This document shows, piece by piece, positions 1-9,774 of a DNA stretch of 64,000 nt. The position numbers and the translations under genes were made by a program. This DNA comes from an uncultured Bacteroidota bacterium (GTDB lineage: Bacteria > Bacteroidota > Bacteroidia > JABEUT01): assembly GCA_903901055.1 (NCBI GenBank), contig CAIUPO010000103.1, positions 1,705 through 65,704 of the forward strand. The letters run 5' to 3'. Position 1 is the stretch's first letter. Each line of letters begins with the position of its first letter. The notes beneath the pieces were generated by a model. The model had not been told where the DNA came from. It ran no database searches and saw nothing but the letters and a program-made list of their open reading frames with translations.

Positions 1-114
1 CATGGTTTACTCTGGGCTGTTCAGGATATATTCACTTTTGAAAATTTAATTATCGCAATTGTATTAGCCTTAATTGGTTATTTGGTTATCGAACTATTGA
101 GAAGAAGATTGTAA
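1..114 (+). CDS. 3' end of a membrane protein truncated by the window edge
   Basis: Frame 1 open to TAA at 112-114: HGLLWAVQDIFTFENLIIAIVLALIGYLVIELLRRRL, a hydrophobic helix with a basic tail. Confidence 0.6.
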   Translation, partial: HGLLWAVQDIFTFENLIIAIVLALIGYLVIELLRRRL

Positions 115-135
115 AGATTCCACCAAGGAAATTTC

Positions 136-180
136 ATACCCTACCAAAATGATAATACCCTACCATTTTGGTAGGGTATT
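136..180. promoter_or_regulatory. Three ATACCCTACCA half-sites forming a perfect palindrome; candidate sigma-54 activator (bEBP) site and/or terminator
   Basis: AATACCCTACCA-TTT-TGGTAGGGTATT at 154-180 plus a direct copy ATACCCTACCAAAAT at 136-150, about 95-135 bp upstream of a sigma-54 box. Confidence 0.55.
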
Positions 181-272
181 TTGTTTGCTGAATATTGTTC
201 AGATAAATCAAGTTGATTATAATATATAGATTATCAGCGTATTGATTTCATTCCGCACATTATGTAAGAGTT

Positions 273-288
273 TGGCACGAAGGTTGCA
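273..288 (+). promoter_or_regulatory. sigma-54 (-24/-12) promoter
   Basis: TGGCACGAAGGTTGCA matches TGGCAC-N5-TTGCA exactly; lies upstream of the kdpF cluster. Confidence 0.85.
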
Positions 289-430
289 TATATAATGCCA
301 AACAGAAAAAATTAAGAACACAGTATTAACCAAAAGTAATTGATTTTAGTGATAAAAGTCATAAGGATGTATGAGGAAGTGCTTGGCATTATGAACATAG
401 CAACCTCACCTTTGTTAAATGATAATAAAC

Positions 431-538
431 GTGAAAAAGGAAGAATTAATAATCAAAGGACTGACAATAGCAGTATGGCTTATTGCTTTTTCAATTGTAT
501 ACCTGGTTTACTTGAAATATAAAGTGATTTTACATTAA
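431..538 (+). CDS. Small single-TM protein (35 aa; alternative ATG at 419)
   Basis: Not in the ORF track; MKKEELIIKGLTIAVWLIAFSIVYLVYLKYKVILH, charged N-terminus, TM helix, basic C-terminus. Confidence 0.6.
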   Translation: MKKEELIIKGLTIAVWLIAFSIVYLVYLKYKVILH

Positions 539-553
539 TTAATTATAAATACA

Positions 554-637
554 ATGATGATACCAATTCTTTTTCTCGGCTGCCTTGTTGGCATGTGGCT
601 ACTCTTCAAATCAATTGACTTTTTTGAAAAAATATAA
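554..637 (+). CDS. Small membrane peptide upstream of kdpF (27 aa)
   Basis: MMIPILFLGCLVGMWLLFKSIDFFEKI; AT-rich initiation context; ends 3 bp before kdpF. Confidence 0.7.
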   Translation: MMIPILFLGCLVGMWLLFKSIDFFEKI

Positions 638-640
638 GTT

Positions 641-718
641 ATGGTTGCACTATTCATATTATGCATAGCAGTTTTCTGCTACTTGGTTTATGTACTCATT
701 AAACCTGAAAAATTTTAA
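641..718 (+). CDS. kdpF: K+-transporting ATPase subunit F
   Basis: MVALFILCIAVFCYLVYVLIKPEKF with the KdpF signature YLxYxLxxPExF; directly before a kdpA start. Confidence 0.9.
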   Translation: MVALFILCIAVFCYLVYVLIKPEKF

Positions 719-721
719 ACG

Positions 722-793
722 ATGAACACAGAATATCTTGGAATAATTGTTACTTACGGCATTACCGTGCTGCTTGCAATTCCTTTGGGCTAA
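722..793 (+). pseudogene. kdpA: Truncated kdpA (first 23 codons only)
   Basis: MNTEYLGIIVTYGITVLLAIPLG-stop matches the Bacteroidota KdpA N-terminus; no continuation in any frame and a convergent gene ends 165 bp later. Confidence 0.8.
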
Positions 794-958
794 AGAAGAT
801 TGGGGTTACAAGCATTTCTAAGGTATCTCTACATGATAATTATTTCGACTTCTCTTTTCCCTTCAAAATCTCTTTATGTTTTTAAGTAAGCCTTGTTTTT
901 CATCCCAATATTTCCACTTCCTGGCAAAAGCAGTTCAAATGCCTTTATCGGCTCTTTA

Positions 959-3900
959 CTAATACACCACCAACTTCTTCACCACTTTAGTGTTCTCTCC
1001 CTGAATATTCAAAAGATAAACTCCGGAACCAAATCCTGTCAAATTCAAATTGGTGTTGTAAGTTCCCGAAATATGCATCTTCTGATTTAACACAGTCTGT
1101 CCAATAATATTATCGACTGATAGTGAATAATTCCCTTCAGGTAAATTGCACGTTATACCAATAGCTCCATTCGAAGGATTAGGGTAAATTGTTACGTATT
1201 CGTTATTTGAAACTACAGCTGTATTTGTTGATACAACAGGCAAAGAACCAACACTGGAACAGCCACTGCTATTGGTTATAACAACTGAATAAGTACCTAT
1301 AGGAAGACTTGGAGATTGGGTATAGATGCTTGAATTAGCTCCGGGTATCATCAAGCTATTAAAATACCATTGGTAAGAACTCATGCTATTGGGAGTGCAT
1401 GTAAGGGTATTTGTTGTTTGTGTAATAACCGGTGTTGCAGGGTCTGCATTTACGGTAATGTATCCTGCAACTGTTGAGGTATTATTTCCATGAGTATTGG
1501 TGGCTGTGAGTGAAACAGGAAAAACTCCTGAGGATAAATATCCTATTGTAGGGTTCTGCACGGTAGATGATGAAGGGCTTCCTCCGGTGAAAGTCCAACT
1601 CCATTGGTTAGGCTGGTTGGTAGAAAGGTCGGTAAACTGTACAGTATCTCCAACACAGAATGTGGTCGGGAATCCGCTAAAGTTAGCCACAGGGGCAGCA
1701 GTAGGGGATGTGTATGTAGCCGATTGCCATGTGCCTCTTCCGAATGTAGCAGCAAGAAGATTGCCTGATTTTTTCGAGATTTTTAAATCCTGAACAACAG
1801 TATTAGGCAGATTATTGCTGTAATCTACCCAAGTATTAATAATAGTATCGTGATAATATATTCCCTGATCGGTTCCAACGTAAATTCCATCGGCCGAATT
1901 TGGTTGATAAACAATGCAGTTAACAGGAAGATTAGGTAATCCCGCTGACATGTTAGTCCATGTTGCGCCTGCATCCTTAGTTTCATAAACTTTATCATTA
2001 GCAGAATAGCCTGAGAATGTTACCCACGCCCTATATGGGTGATTTGGTGAAATCGCAATTGCATACATGCCTGCATTATTAGTAGGTAAAGTTCCCGTAA
2101 TATTTGTCCAGGTTGTTCCACCGTTTGAAGTATAGTAAATAAGGCTGTCCGTGCAAGCATATATCCAACTGTTATATAGATTTTGGCCGTCCGCAATTGC
2201 AGTTATTTGGTAGCTGGAGCTAGCCCATGAACTAATTTTTGAAAAATTCTTTGCCTGATTAGTTGATTTCCAGATATTGGAAAATCCTGCATAAATTGTG
2301 TTTGGGGTTTTGGTATCCTCTACCCATGGGGTTATCCAGGGGCCGTTATCACTGATTCCATTTCCGCCATTACCCCAGGTGTTCCCACCATTGGTAGAGT
2401 AGTAAAGGGTTCCGTAAGGGTAGGAGGCATACATGTTATTGTCGTTGGTATAATCAATAAAACATTGTGTTCCGTCGCCACCAACGGTCTGAGACCAGGT
2501 AACACCATTTGTAAGTTCAGTACCATTATCCTGCCAGCCTGTCAGCCACAAATTTGTGGTAAGTGAAGATGGCCCTACACCATATTGTTGCGCTATCTCC
2601 AGATTGTTGCTCATATCTGTCCAACTGGTTCCGGTATTGGCAGATAGAAATACACCTCCATCACATGCTGCCCAAATGGTTGTGCTGCTTCCGTTAGCAA
2701 AGGTTAAATGGTGAACATCAGCATGAACATAGTTGCTGCCATTACTTGTCCAGTCTGATTTATTGCTCCAGTTTGCACCTCCATTGGTCGATTCCCAGAT
2801 ATCAACACCCCCGATAAAAAGTGTAGTTGCATTTGAAGGAGAAACAGCAATCGTCAAGTCATACCAGCCTTGTCCTCCCGCACCACTTCCATTGGAGTTC
2901 CAGCCTAAAATATCTGGAGAAGTGGACTTGGTGGTAAATGTTTTTCCGGTATCAGTTGATTGGTATAAACCTACGAAACCTCCGCTGGCACTGTCTGCTG
3001 CAAGTATGTATACGTAAGCAGGGTTTGCAGGAGACACACCGATTTCCATTCTGGCATAAATCATAGCAGAAGGTAAACCTGAGGTTATTTGTGTAAAAGA
3101 TGCACCTGAGTTGGAGGAACGATAAAATTGACCATCCAGTGTCGATACATAAACAACTTTGTAATTGCCAGGTTCGTATTGTATGTCATAAGCCTGAACG
3201 CCGGGAAGCACATTCGTCCAATAGCTACCGCTATTGGTAGAAAGAAAGACACCGGCAGTAGTTGCGCAAAAAAGAACATTGGTATCAACAGGGTTTAATA
3301 ACAATTCATTGAAGGTAGAAATAGAAGGTCCAGTCATTGAAATATTGTAGTAAAGTCCGGAAGGCTGCCATGTTGTTCCACCATCAAACGACTTTAAAAC
3401 TCCAACTGTTGTTGGGGTGTAGGTGGCATACGCAGCATCTCCATCTCCCGTGGCCATGTACATAATGTTTGTCTTTAAAGGATTAATGGCAATATCATTC
3501 ACTGCCAAATCAATTAACTTATCGGTATTGGTCGACCAACTTGTACCTCCGTTAGTTGACTTCCATAATCCACCTGAAGGTGTACATGCATAAACAATAT
3601 TTGCATTGTTCGGGTCGAAACGGATGTGAGCAACACGTCCGTCACCGCCGCCGCCACTCGGCACACTTGTATTTCCAACATAAGTCCAGTTTGCTGCTGT
3701 TGTAGTTTGGTGCGTTGTTTTAGATTTACCTCTATCTCCTAAAAATGAATTGTATTCTTTTTCCATAACAACCGGATCAGGTCTGTTGCCGGAAGGGAAG
3801 GTTCGTTTTGTGTAGAAATATTCCCAACGTTTGAATTGCATAAGGGCTTCATCAGCACCGGTTTCTTTTGCTTCGTGTTTTCTTGATCTTAATTCCTTTA

Positions 3901-4069
3901 AATGCTTTTTACCCCCGGGTTGTTTTAAATACCATGCATAAAATGCTTTCTGAACATCATGCACATTCACTTTCGGGTCCTTCATCATACTTACCCACTT
4001 TTGGGCATTGGTATTGAAGAGTGAAAAAGTAAATAATAAAATCAACAGGGAGGAAAGTAGTTTTTTCAT
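959..4069 (-). CDS. T9SS-secreted VPS10/BNR (Asp-box) beta-propeller protein with PKD domain
   Basis: Signal peptide from MKKLLSS at 4069, many S-x-[DN]-x-G-x-T-W boxes, PKD WSWTFTGG, C-terminal IYPNPS...KKLVVY. Confidence 0.88.
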   Translation of the reverse strand: MKKLLSSLLILLFTFSLFNTNAQKWVSMMKDPKVNVHDVQKAFYAWYLKQPGGKKHLKELRSRKHEAKETGADEALMQFKRWEYFYTKRTFPSGNRPDPVVMEKEYNSFLGDRGKSKTTHQTTTAANWTYVGNTSVPSGGGGDGRVAHIRFDPNNANIVYACTPSGGLWKSTNGGTSWSTNTDKLIDLAVNDIAINPLKTNIMYMATGDGDAAYATYTPTTVGVLKSFDGGTTWQPSGLYYNISMTGPSISTFNELLLNPVDTNVLFCATTAGVFLSTNSGSYWTNVLPGVQAYDIQYEPGNYKVVYVSTLDGQFYRSSNSGASFTQITSGLPSAMIYARMEIGVSPANPAYVYILAADSASGGFVGLYQSTDTGKTFTTKSTSPDILGWNSNGSGAGGQGWYDLTIAVSPSNATTLFIGGVDIWESTNGGANWSNKSDWTSNGSNYVHADVHHLTFANGSSTTIWAACDGGVFLSANTGTSWTDMSNNLEIAQQYGVGPSSLTTNLWLTGWQDNGTELTNGVTWSQTVGGDGTQCFIDYTNDNNMYASYPYGTLYYSTNGGNTWGNGGNGISDNGPWITPWVEDTKTPNTIYAGFSNIWKSTNQAKNFSKISSWASSSYQITAIADGQNLYNSWIYACTDSLIYYTSNGGTTWTNITGTLPTNNAGMYAIAISPNHPYRAWVTFSGYSANDKVYETKDAGATWTNMSAGLPNLPVNCIVYQPNSADGIYVGTDQGIYYHDTIINTWVDYSNNLPNTVVQDLKISKKSGNLLAATFGRGTWQSATYTSPTAAPVANFSGFPTTFCVGDTVQFTDLSTNQPNQWSWTFTGGSPSSSTVQNPTIGYLSSGVFPVSLTATNTHGNNTSTVAGYITVNADPATPVITQTTNTLTCTPNSMSSYQWYFNSLMIPGANSSIYTQSPSLPIGTYSVVITNSSGCSSVGSLPVVSTNTAVVSNNEYVTIYPNPSNGAIGITCNLPEGNYSLSVDNIIGQTVLNQKMHISGTYNTNLNLTGFGSGVYLLNIQGENTKVVKKLVVY

Positions 4070-4158
4070 GATAAGGTATGTAAAAAGAGGTATGTTTATT
4101 TTATAGTACAAGTTTAGGAATTTTTCCGCAAACAGACTTGATTATATGTCATAAAAAC

Positions 4159-4191
4159 AAAAAGTCCCTAGGATTACTCCCGGGACTTTTT
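4159..4191 (-). terminator. Intrinsic (likely bidirectional) terminator
   Basis: AAAAAGTCCC...GGGACTTTTT stem just downstream of the 4210-4569 gene. Confidence 0.65.
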
Positions 4192-4209
4192 AAAAAGGTA
4201 ACAAATAAA

Positions 4210-4569
4210 TTACATTCCCTTATTAGCAGCGGCTGCTTTTTTAGGAGAAGCTTTCTTAGTGCCGGCTTTCTTGGTTGTAGATTTAGTTGCTGGTTTTGCA
4301 GCGTCACCCGGGGTAGTAGTTTTATTTTCTTTGTAACGTTTATCCGGTGTGCCGTCTTTTTTCATGTGCTTGGTAGCAGGCTTTGTCTGGGTGCTCGATG
4401 CAGCAGCAGGAGCTGTGGTTGCTTCCTTTTTAGCACTGGTTTTTTTTGTGGTTTTCTTGGCGGTTGCAGGTTTAGTACCTGTGGCAGCAGCTTTGTCCTG
4501 AGCGTTAACAACTCCTAAGCCAAGGCATGCTACTAATAGCCCGGCAATAGTTACTTTTAATTTGTTCAT
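4210..4569 (-). CDS. Exported Lys/Ala/Thr-rich small protein with KKDGTPDKRY motif
   Basis: Signal peptide, low-complexity basic body, KKDGTPDKRYKENK motif; TATCTTCG promoter-like box upstream. Confidence 0.8.
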   Translation of the reverse strand: MNKLKVTIAGLLVACLGLGVVNAQDKAAATGTKPATAKKTTKKTSAKKEATTAPAAASSTQTKPATKHMKKDGTPDKRYKENKTTTPGDAAKPATKSTTKKAGTKKASPKKAAAANKGM

Positions 4570-4745
4570 GATAATGGGTTTTTGTTAGGCAGCGAAGATA
4601 AATAAAAATGTTAGATTTTGAATGCTAAATGTTTAATAAATACTATTAATAAAACTTAACATTGAGCAGTCCGTCTTCAAAAATTAGATAACCATGTCTT
4701 ACACTTTAATATCTTTGCGCCTCCTTAAAATGGAGATTTTACATA

Positions 4746-6653
4746 ATGGGCTCTGACAAAAACACATACATAGGTTTATTTTTAATAGCAGCAGTGCTTA
4801 TGGGTTGGATGTGGTGGTCACGCCCTTCAGAAAAGGAATTAGCCCGCCAAAAAGCTGTAAACGACTCCATTGCAATGGTTCACCAAAAGCAACAGGAGAA
4901 GGCTAAGATGGATGCCTCTGCCGTTAAAGCCGTAACAAAAGATACGGCAGCCTCTGCACACGATACAGCCAATCACTCAGGCGATTCATTAGCAGAAGTA
5001 CACAAGCAACAATCAAGCTTAGGGATTTTCTATTCTTCTGTAAAAGGTACTTCAAGTACGTCTACCATTGAAAATGAATTATTAAAGGCAAACATAAGCA
5101 CCAAAGGTGGAAAAATTGAATCGGTTGAACTTAAAAGTTTTAAAACCAGTGCTGGCGGCCCATTAATATTGTTTACCCACGATTCTAATAATTTTGGGTT
5201 AACATTAAATGCTTATTCCGGTTCTATTTCTACCGACTCATTATATTTTAGTGTAGTTGGCGGTGGGCCTGTTACAACAAAAGATTCAACAATATTAACA
5301 ATGCAGTTGAATACCGGCAATCCGAATAAATATATCCAATATATATATTCAATTAAGCCCGGAACTTATTTGATGCAATGCAGTATCCGTGTTGTTGGTA
5401 TGCAGGATGTGCTTGCTTCCAACACTCAGGATATAAGACTCGACTGGAGCATGCATACACCTTCTCAGGAAGCCAGTATTCCAAATCAGCAGCGGGCATC
5501 TACCGTTTATTTTAAGGTTTACCAGGATGAGGTTGACCATTTAAATACAATGAAGGATGAAAAAAAGATTTTGCCTTCAGCAATCCAATGGGTATCATTT
5601 AAACAACAATTCTTTTCTTCGATTTTAATAGCGAATACCAAATTCGGGACACCTGTGGTAGACGTTGCAAATAGCAGGAATCCAAAATTAGTTAAGAATT
5701 ACGCTGCCGAGGTTTACATCCCTTATAACCGCACACAGGATGAATCTTTCGGGATGCAGTTCTACTTCGGTCCTAACAACTACAAGTTGCTTAAAAAGTA
5801 TTCTTCCGGTAACGACCTTGATTTGAATGGACAAATTAGTCTTGGATGGGGAGTTTTTGGTTGGGTAAATAGGTTTCTGGTTATCCCTGTTTTCGATTTC
5901 CTGAACGGATTTAATATGAATTATGGTTTGGTAATTCTCATTCTTACATTAGTTATTAAAGCAATTCTTTTCCCTATTGCATTCAAAACCTATAAGTCAT
6001 CAGCTAAGATGAGGGTTTTGAAACCTGAAATTGATGAGATTGGTAAAAAATTCCCGAAGACAGAAGATGCTATGAAAAAGCAACAAGCTGTTATGGCATT
6101 GTACAAAAAGGCAGGTGTAAATCCAATGGCAGGTTGTTTGCCTATGCTTTTGCAGCTACCTATATTATATGCATTGATTAGTTTCTTCCCTGCTTCAATA
6201 GAACTCCGCCAGCAACATTTTTTATGGGCACATGACCTGTCTACTTATGATTCCATCTATAATTTCGGGTTTAATGTTCCGTTTTATGGCGACCATATAA
6301 GTCTTTTTGCATTGTTAATGACCTTGTCTCAGTATCTGTACTTATCTGCTAACCAGCAGTTAATGGGAACCGGCGGTACCGACCAAATGGCTAAAACAAT
6401 GAAATGGATGATGTACCTTACCCCGGTAATGATTCTTGGATTCCTGAATTCATACTCGGCAGGACTTAGTTACTACTACTTTCTCGCAAATCTTATTACT
6501 TTTGGGCAAACTTTTCTGGCACGTAGATTCATTAATGAGAAAGAATTACATCGTAAGATGCAGGAAAACAAGGCAAAACCCGTTAAGGTTTCAAAATTCC
6601 AGAAGAAACTGGACGACATGGTGAAACAACAACAAGCCCTTAAAAAAAGATAA
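4746..6653 (+). CDS. yidC: Membrane protein insertase YidC
   Basis: N-terminal TM, periplasmic domain, GVNPMAGCLPMLLQLP and LWAHDLS motifs. Confidence 0.97.
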   Translation: MGSDKNTYIGLFLIAAVLMGWMWWSRPSEKELARQKAVNDSIAMVHQKQQEKAKMDASAVKAVTKDTAASAHDTANHSGDSLAEVHKQQSSLGIFYSSVKGTSSTSTIENELLKANISTKGGKIESVELKSFKTSAGGPLILFTHDSNNFGLTLNAYSGSISTDSLYFSVVGGGPVTTKDSTILTMQLNTGNPNKYIQYIYSIKPGTYLMQCSIRVVGMQDVLASNTQDIRLDWSMHTPSQEASIPNQQRASTVYFKVYQDEVDHLNTMKDEKKILPSAIQWVSFKQQFFSSILIANTKFGTPVVDVANSRNPKLVKNYAAEVYIPYNRTQDESFGMQFYFGPNNYKLLKKYSSGNDLDLNGQISLGWGVFGWVNRFLVIPVFDFLNGFNMNYGLVILILTLVIKAILFPIAFKTYKSSAKMRVLKPEIDEIGKKFPKTEDAMKKQQAVMALYKKAGVNPMAGCLPMLLQLPILYALISFFPASIELRQQHFLWAHDLSTYDSIYNFGFNVPFYGDHISLFALLMTLSQYLYLSANQQLMGTGGTDQMAKTMKWMMYLTPVMILGFLNSYSAGLSYYYFLANLITFGQTFLARRFINEKELHRKMQENKAKPVKVSKFQKKLDDMVKQQQALKKR

Positions 6654-6684
6654 CAAAACGTATACAACCTAAAATATCCTTGAA

Positions 6685-7809
6685 GTGAAAATAGCAATTC
6701 CAAAAGAGACTAAAATCAAAGAAAACAGGGTATCTGTTACACCCGACACCATCAAAGATTTAATAAAGAAAGGATTTTCCTGCACCATTGAGAAAGGGGC
6801 TGGAGAAAATTCTTATTTTAAAGATGATGTGTACACTGCTGCCGGTGCTACTGTTGCAGGCAGCCGTAAAGAATTATTTTCAAATGCCGATATTATATTG
6901 GCGGTGAATCCTCCGTCTGCTGATGATATTGCAGCCATGAAAAAAGAAGCAATTCTGATTTCATTTATGTATGCAGCAACTCACCCTGATTTGGTGAAGG
7001 CTTGTGTAGGCGCAGGTATTACAGCTTTTTCAGTAGATGCAATTCCACGTATTTCAAGGGCTCAGAAGATGGATGCCCTTAGCTCACAAGCCAACCTTGC
7101 CGGTTATAAATCGGTAATACTGGCGGCTGATAACTTAGGAAAGATATTCCCAATGTTAATGACTGCGGCAGGAACTATTAAGCCGGCTAAAGTTGTAATT
7201 ATGGGTGCCGGTGTTGCAGGATTGCAGGCTATTGCTACGGCAAAGCGTTTAGGTGCAATTGTAGAAGTATCTGATATTCGTCCGGAAACCAAAGAACAGG
7301 TAATGTCGCTCGGTGGTAAGTTCATCGAATTAAAAGGCGATGATACAGTAAAAATGGAAGGCGGATATGTAACCAAAGTATCTGATGAGTTTTTGAAAAA
7401 ACAACAAGAGTTAGTTGGCAAACACGTTGCCGATGCTGACATTGTAATTACCACTGCTCTTATCCCCGGTAGAAAAGCCCCGGTGCTTATTACCGAAGAT
7501 ATGATAAAGAGTATGCGAAATGGTTCGGTAATTGTAGATATGGCTGTTGAACAAGGCGGAAACGTAGTGGGTAGCAAAATGAATGAAAACGTGGTTTCAC
7601 CAAATGGTGTAAAAATCATCGGGGAATCTAACCTTCCTGCTTTATTGCCATTAAATGCCAGCGATTTATATGCGAAAAATATTTCTACTTTCCTTTACCA
7701 CCTTGCAACCAACGAAGGCTTCAAATGGGAGATGGAAGAAGAAATTACCAAGGGCTCTCTTATTGTTCATAAGGGAGTTGCAGTTCATCCAAGTGTAAAA
7801 CAATCTTAA
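6685..7809 (+). CDS. pntA: NAD(P) transhydrogenase alpha subunit part 1 (dI)
   Basis: ENRVSVTP, DALSSQANLAGY, GAGVAGLQAIATAKRLGA, TTALIPG. Confidence 0.96.
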   Translation: MKIAIPKETKIKENRVSVTPDTIKDLIKKGFSCTIEKGAGENSYFKDDVYTAAGATVAGSRKELFSNADIILAVNPPSADDIAAMKKEAILISFMYAATHPDLVKACVGAGITAFSVDAIPRISRAQKMDALSSQANLAGYKSVILAADNLGKIFPMLMTAAGTIKPAKVVIMGAGVAGLQAIATAKRLGAIVEVSDIRPETKEQVMSLGGKFIELKGDDTVKMEGGYVTKVSDEFLKKQQELVGKHVADADIVITTALIPGRKAPVLITEDMIKSMRNGSVIVDMAVEQGGNVVGSKMNENVVSPNGVKIIGESNLPALLPLNASDLYAKNISTFLYHLATNEGFKWEMEEEITKGSLIVHKGVAVHPSVKQS

Positions 7810-7822
7810 TTTTTAAATAATC

Positions 7823-8140
7823 ATGCAAGAAACATTGTCATTTATTGGCTCACACATGCAAATGTGGTACATACTCATCCTGATGATATTCGTTGGTGTG
7901 GAAGTAATTAATAGCGTACCATCCGTATTGCACACTCCACTTATGTCAGGTGCAAATGCAATCCACGGGGTTGTTATCATTGGTGCAATTATTGTATTAT
8001 TGAATGCTGACCCTGAAAACTACGTGGAACTTATCCTCGGATTTGTTGCCGTAATATTGGGTACACTAAACGTTGTTGGTGGATTTGTGGTTACCGACCG
8101 TATGTTAGAAATGTTTAAGAAGAAACCTGCTAAAAAATAA
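7823..8140 (+). CDS. pntA: NAD(P) transhydrogenase alpha subunit part 2 (membrane part)
   Basis: LHTPLMSGANAIHG and NVVGGFVVTDRMLEMF. Confidence 0.95.
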   Translation: MQETLSFIGSHMQMWYILILMIFVGVEVINSVPSVLHTPLMSGANAIHGVVIIGAIIVLLNADPENYVELILGFVAVILGTLNVVGGFVVTDRMLEMFKKKPAKK

Positions 8141-8151
8141 TAAAACTTACT

Positions 8152-9552
8152 ATGGGAATCTGGAGTCAAACTATAATACTTGATTTAATTTATCTTATTG
8201 GATCTGTTACCTTCATTCTTGGATTGAAGATGATGGGCAAACCCGATACTGCACGCAGAGGAAATACGTATGCTGCTTTTGGAATGACATTAGCTATTCT
8301 TGGCACTATTTTTCTCCATACAGGTGAGATAAAACCTATTATTTACATCATGCTTTTCGGAGCATTTGCAGTAGGTGGAATTATTGGCTGGATGGTTGCG
8401 AAAAAGGTAAAAATGACCGCTATGCCTCAGCTTGTTTCGCTCTTCAACGGTATGGGTGGAGCTTGCGCAGCTTTAATTTCAATTATGGAATTCCATGTTC
8501 ATGCAGGTGACCCGAAAACTATTATGATGGTAATGGCCGGACTAATTATCGGAAGTATTTCCTTCTCCGGTTCTATGATTGCCTTTGCAAAACTGAATGG
8601 TAACCTGAATAAGAATCCTCGTATCCCGTTCTATAATATCATTAATGCCGTAATTCTTTTAATAACAGTTGGAGTAGGGGTGTACATAACTGTTGGTAAT
8701 ATAACCGACTTTATGTGGCCTTGTATTGATTTGGCATTGGCTTTATTCTATGGTATTATGTTTGTTTTGCCAATTGGTGGTGCAGATATGCCGGTTGTTA
8801 TTTCATTGTTAAACTCATTTACCGGTCTTGCTGCGGCATCCGGAGGTTTCCTTTACCACAACAAGGTTATGTTGACAGGCGGTATTCTTGTAGGTTCTGC
8901 CGGTACCATCTTAACCATTGCAATGTGTAAAGGTATGAACCGTACTTTATTCAGTGTTGTATTTGGAGCATTTGGTGAAGGCAGCGCGGCTGCTGCCGGC
9001 AGTGCAAGCCCAACAGGTGGAACAGTAAAAGATATATCCATTGCCGACTGTGCTGTATTAATGAACTACTCCAAAAAAGTAGTAATTGTTCCAGGTTATG
9101 GTTTAGCTGTTGCGCAAGCCCAGCACGTAATGCATGAATTGGAAGCACTGCTTGAAGAAAGGGGAGTTGATGTAAAGTATGCTATTCACCCGGTTGCAGG
9201 ACGTATGCCCGGCCACATGAACGTTTTGATGGCAGAAAGTAATGTTGACTATTCCAAACTTTGCGAAATGGAAGACATCAACCCTGAATTTGATACAACC
9301 GATGTAGTCTTTATTGTTGGTGCGAACGATGTGGTGAACCCTGCAGCTAAAAATAACCCTGCCAGCCCTATTTACGGTATGCCTATTTTGGAAGTTGAAA
9401 GAGCCAAGAACATCATTGTAAATAAACGTAGTATGGCTGCCGGTTATGCCGGTATCGACAACGAACTTTTCTATAATCCTAAAACCAGCATGTTATTCGG
9501 TGATGCCAAAAAGGTAGTTACTGAATTAGTTGCTGAGTTAAAGACGATGTAA
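8152..9552 (+). CDS. pntB: NAD(P) transhydrogenase beta subunit
   Basis: IGGADMPVVISLLNS, VPGYGLAVAQAQ, HPVAGRMPGHMNV, GANDVVNPAA. Confidence 0.97.
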   Translation: MGIWSQTIILDLIYLIGSVTFILGLKMMGKPDTARRGNTYAAFGMTLAILGTIFLHTGEIKPIIYIMLFGAFAVGGIIGWMVAKKVKMTAMPQLVSLFNGMGGACAALISIMEFHVHAGDPKTIMMVMAGLIIGSISFSGSMIAFAKLNGNLNKNPRIPFYNIINAVILLITVGVGVYITVGNITDFMWPCIDLALALFYGIMFVLPIGGADMPVVISLLNSFTGLAAASGGFLYHNKVMLTGGILVGSAGTILTIAMCKGMNRTLFSVVFGAFGEGSAAAAGSASPTGGTVKDISIADCAVLMNYSKKVVIVPGYGLAVAQAQHVMHELEALLEERGVDVKYAIHPVAGRMPGHMNVLMAESNVDYSKLCEMEDINPEFDTTDVVFIVGANDVVNPAAKNNPASPIYGMPILEVERAKNIIVNKRSMAAGYAGIDNELFYNPKTSMLFGDAKKVVTELVAELKTM

Positions 9553-9774
9553 ATATTTAAACGGGATGAATTATTAGTGTTGAATGAAAATTCAATGCTC
9601 AACGATTCTTACTTTTTATTACTCTTGTTTTCATTAAGATAGTTCGGTTCATAACTCGTAATTTATCCTAATGAACTTTAATTTAAAGTTTTTCTAATTT
9701 TGAATCGTCTTAAGGCAAATATGAAAGTTGAAGCGGCTAAATAGATTATTCATTAAAGAACCAGTCAACCTAAA

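Noticed and set aside
340-522. 60-aa ORF from the track
   Set aside because: TTG start and no recognisable features; the overlapping frame 431-538 gives a much more protein-like TM peptide
860-925. Minus-strand KWKYWDEKQGLLK resembling a MORN-repeat remnant
   Set aside because: Too short, no start codon, could be chance
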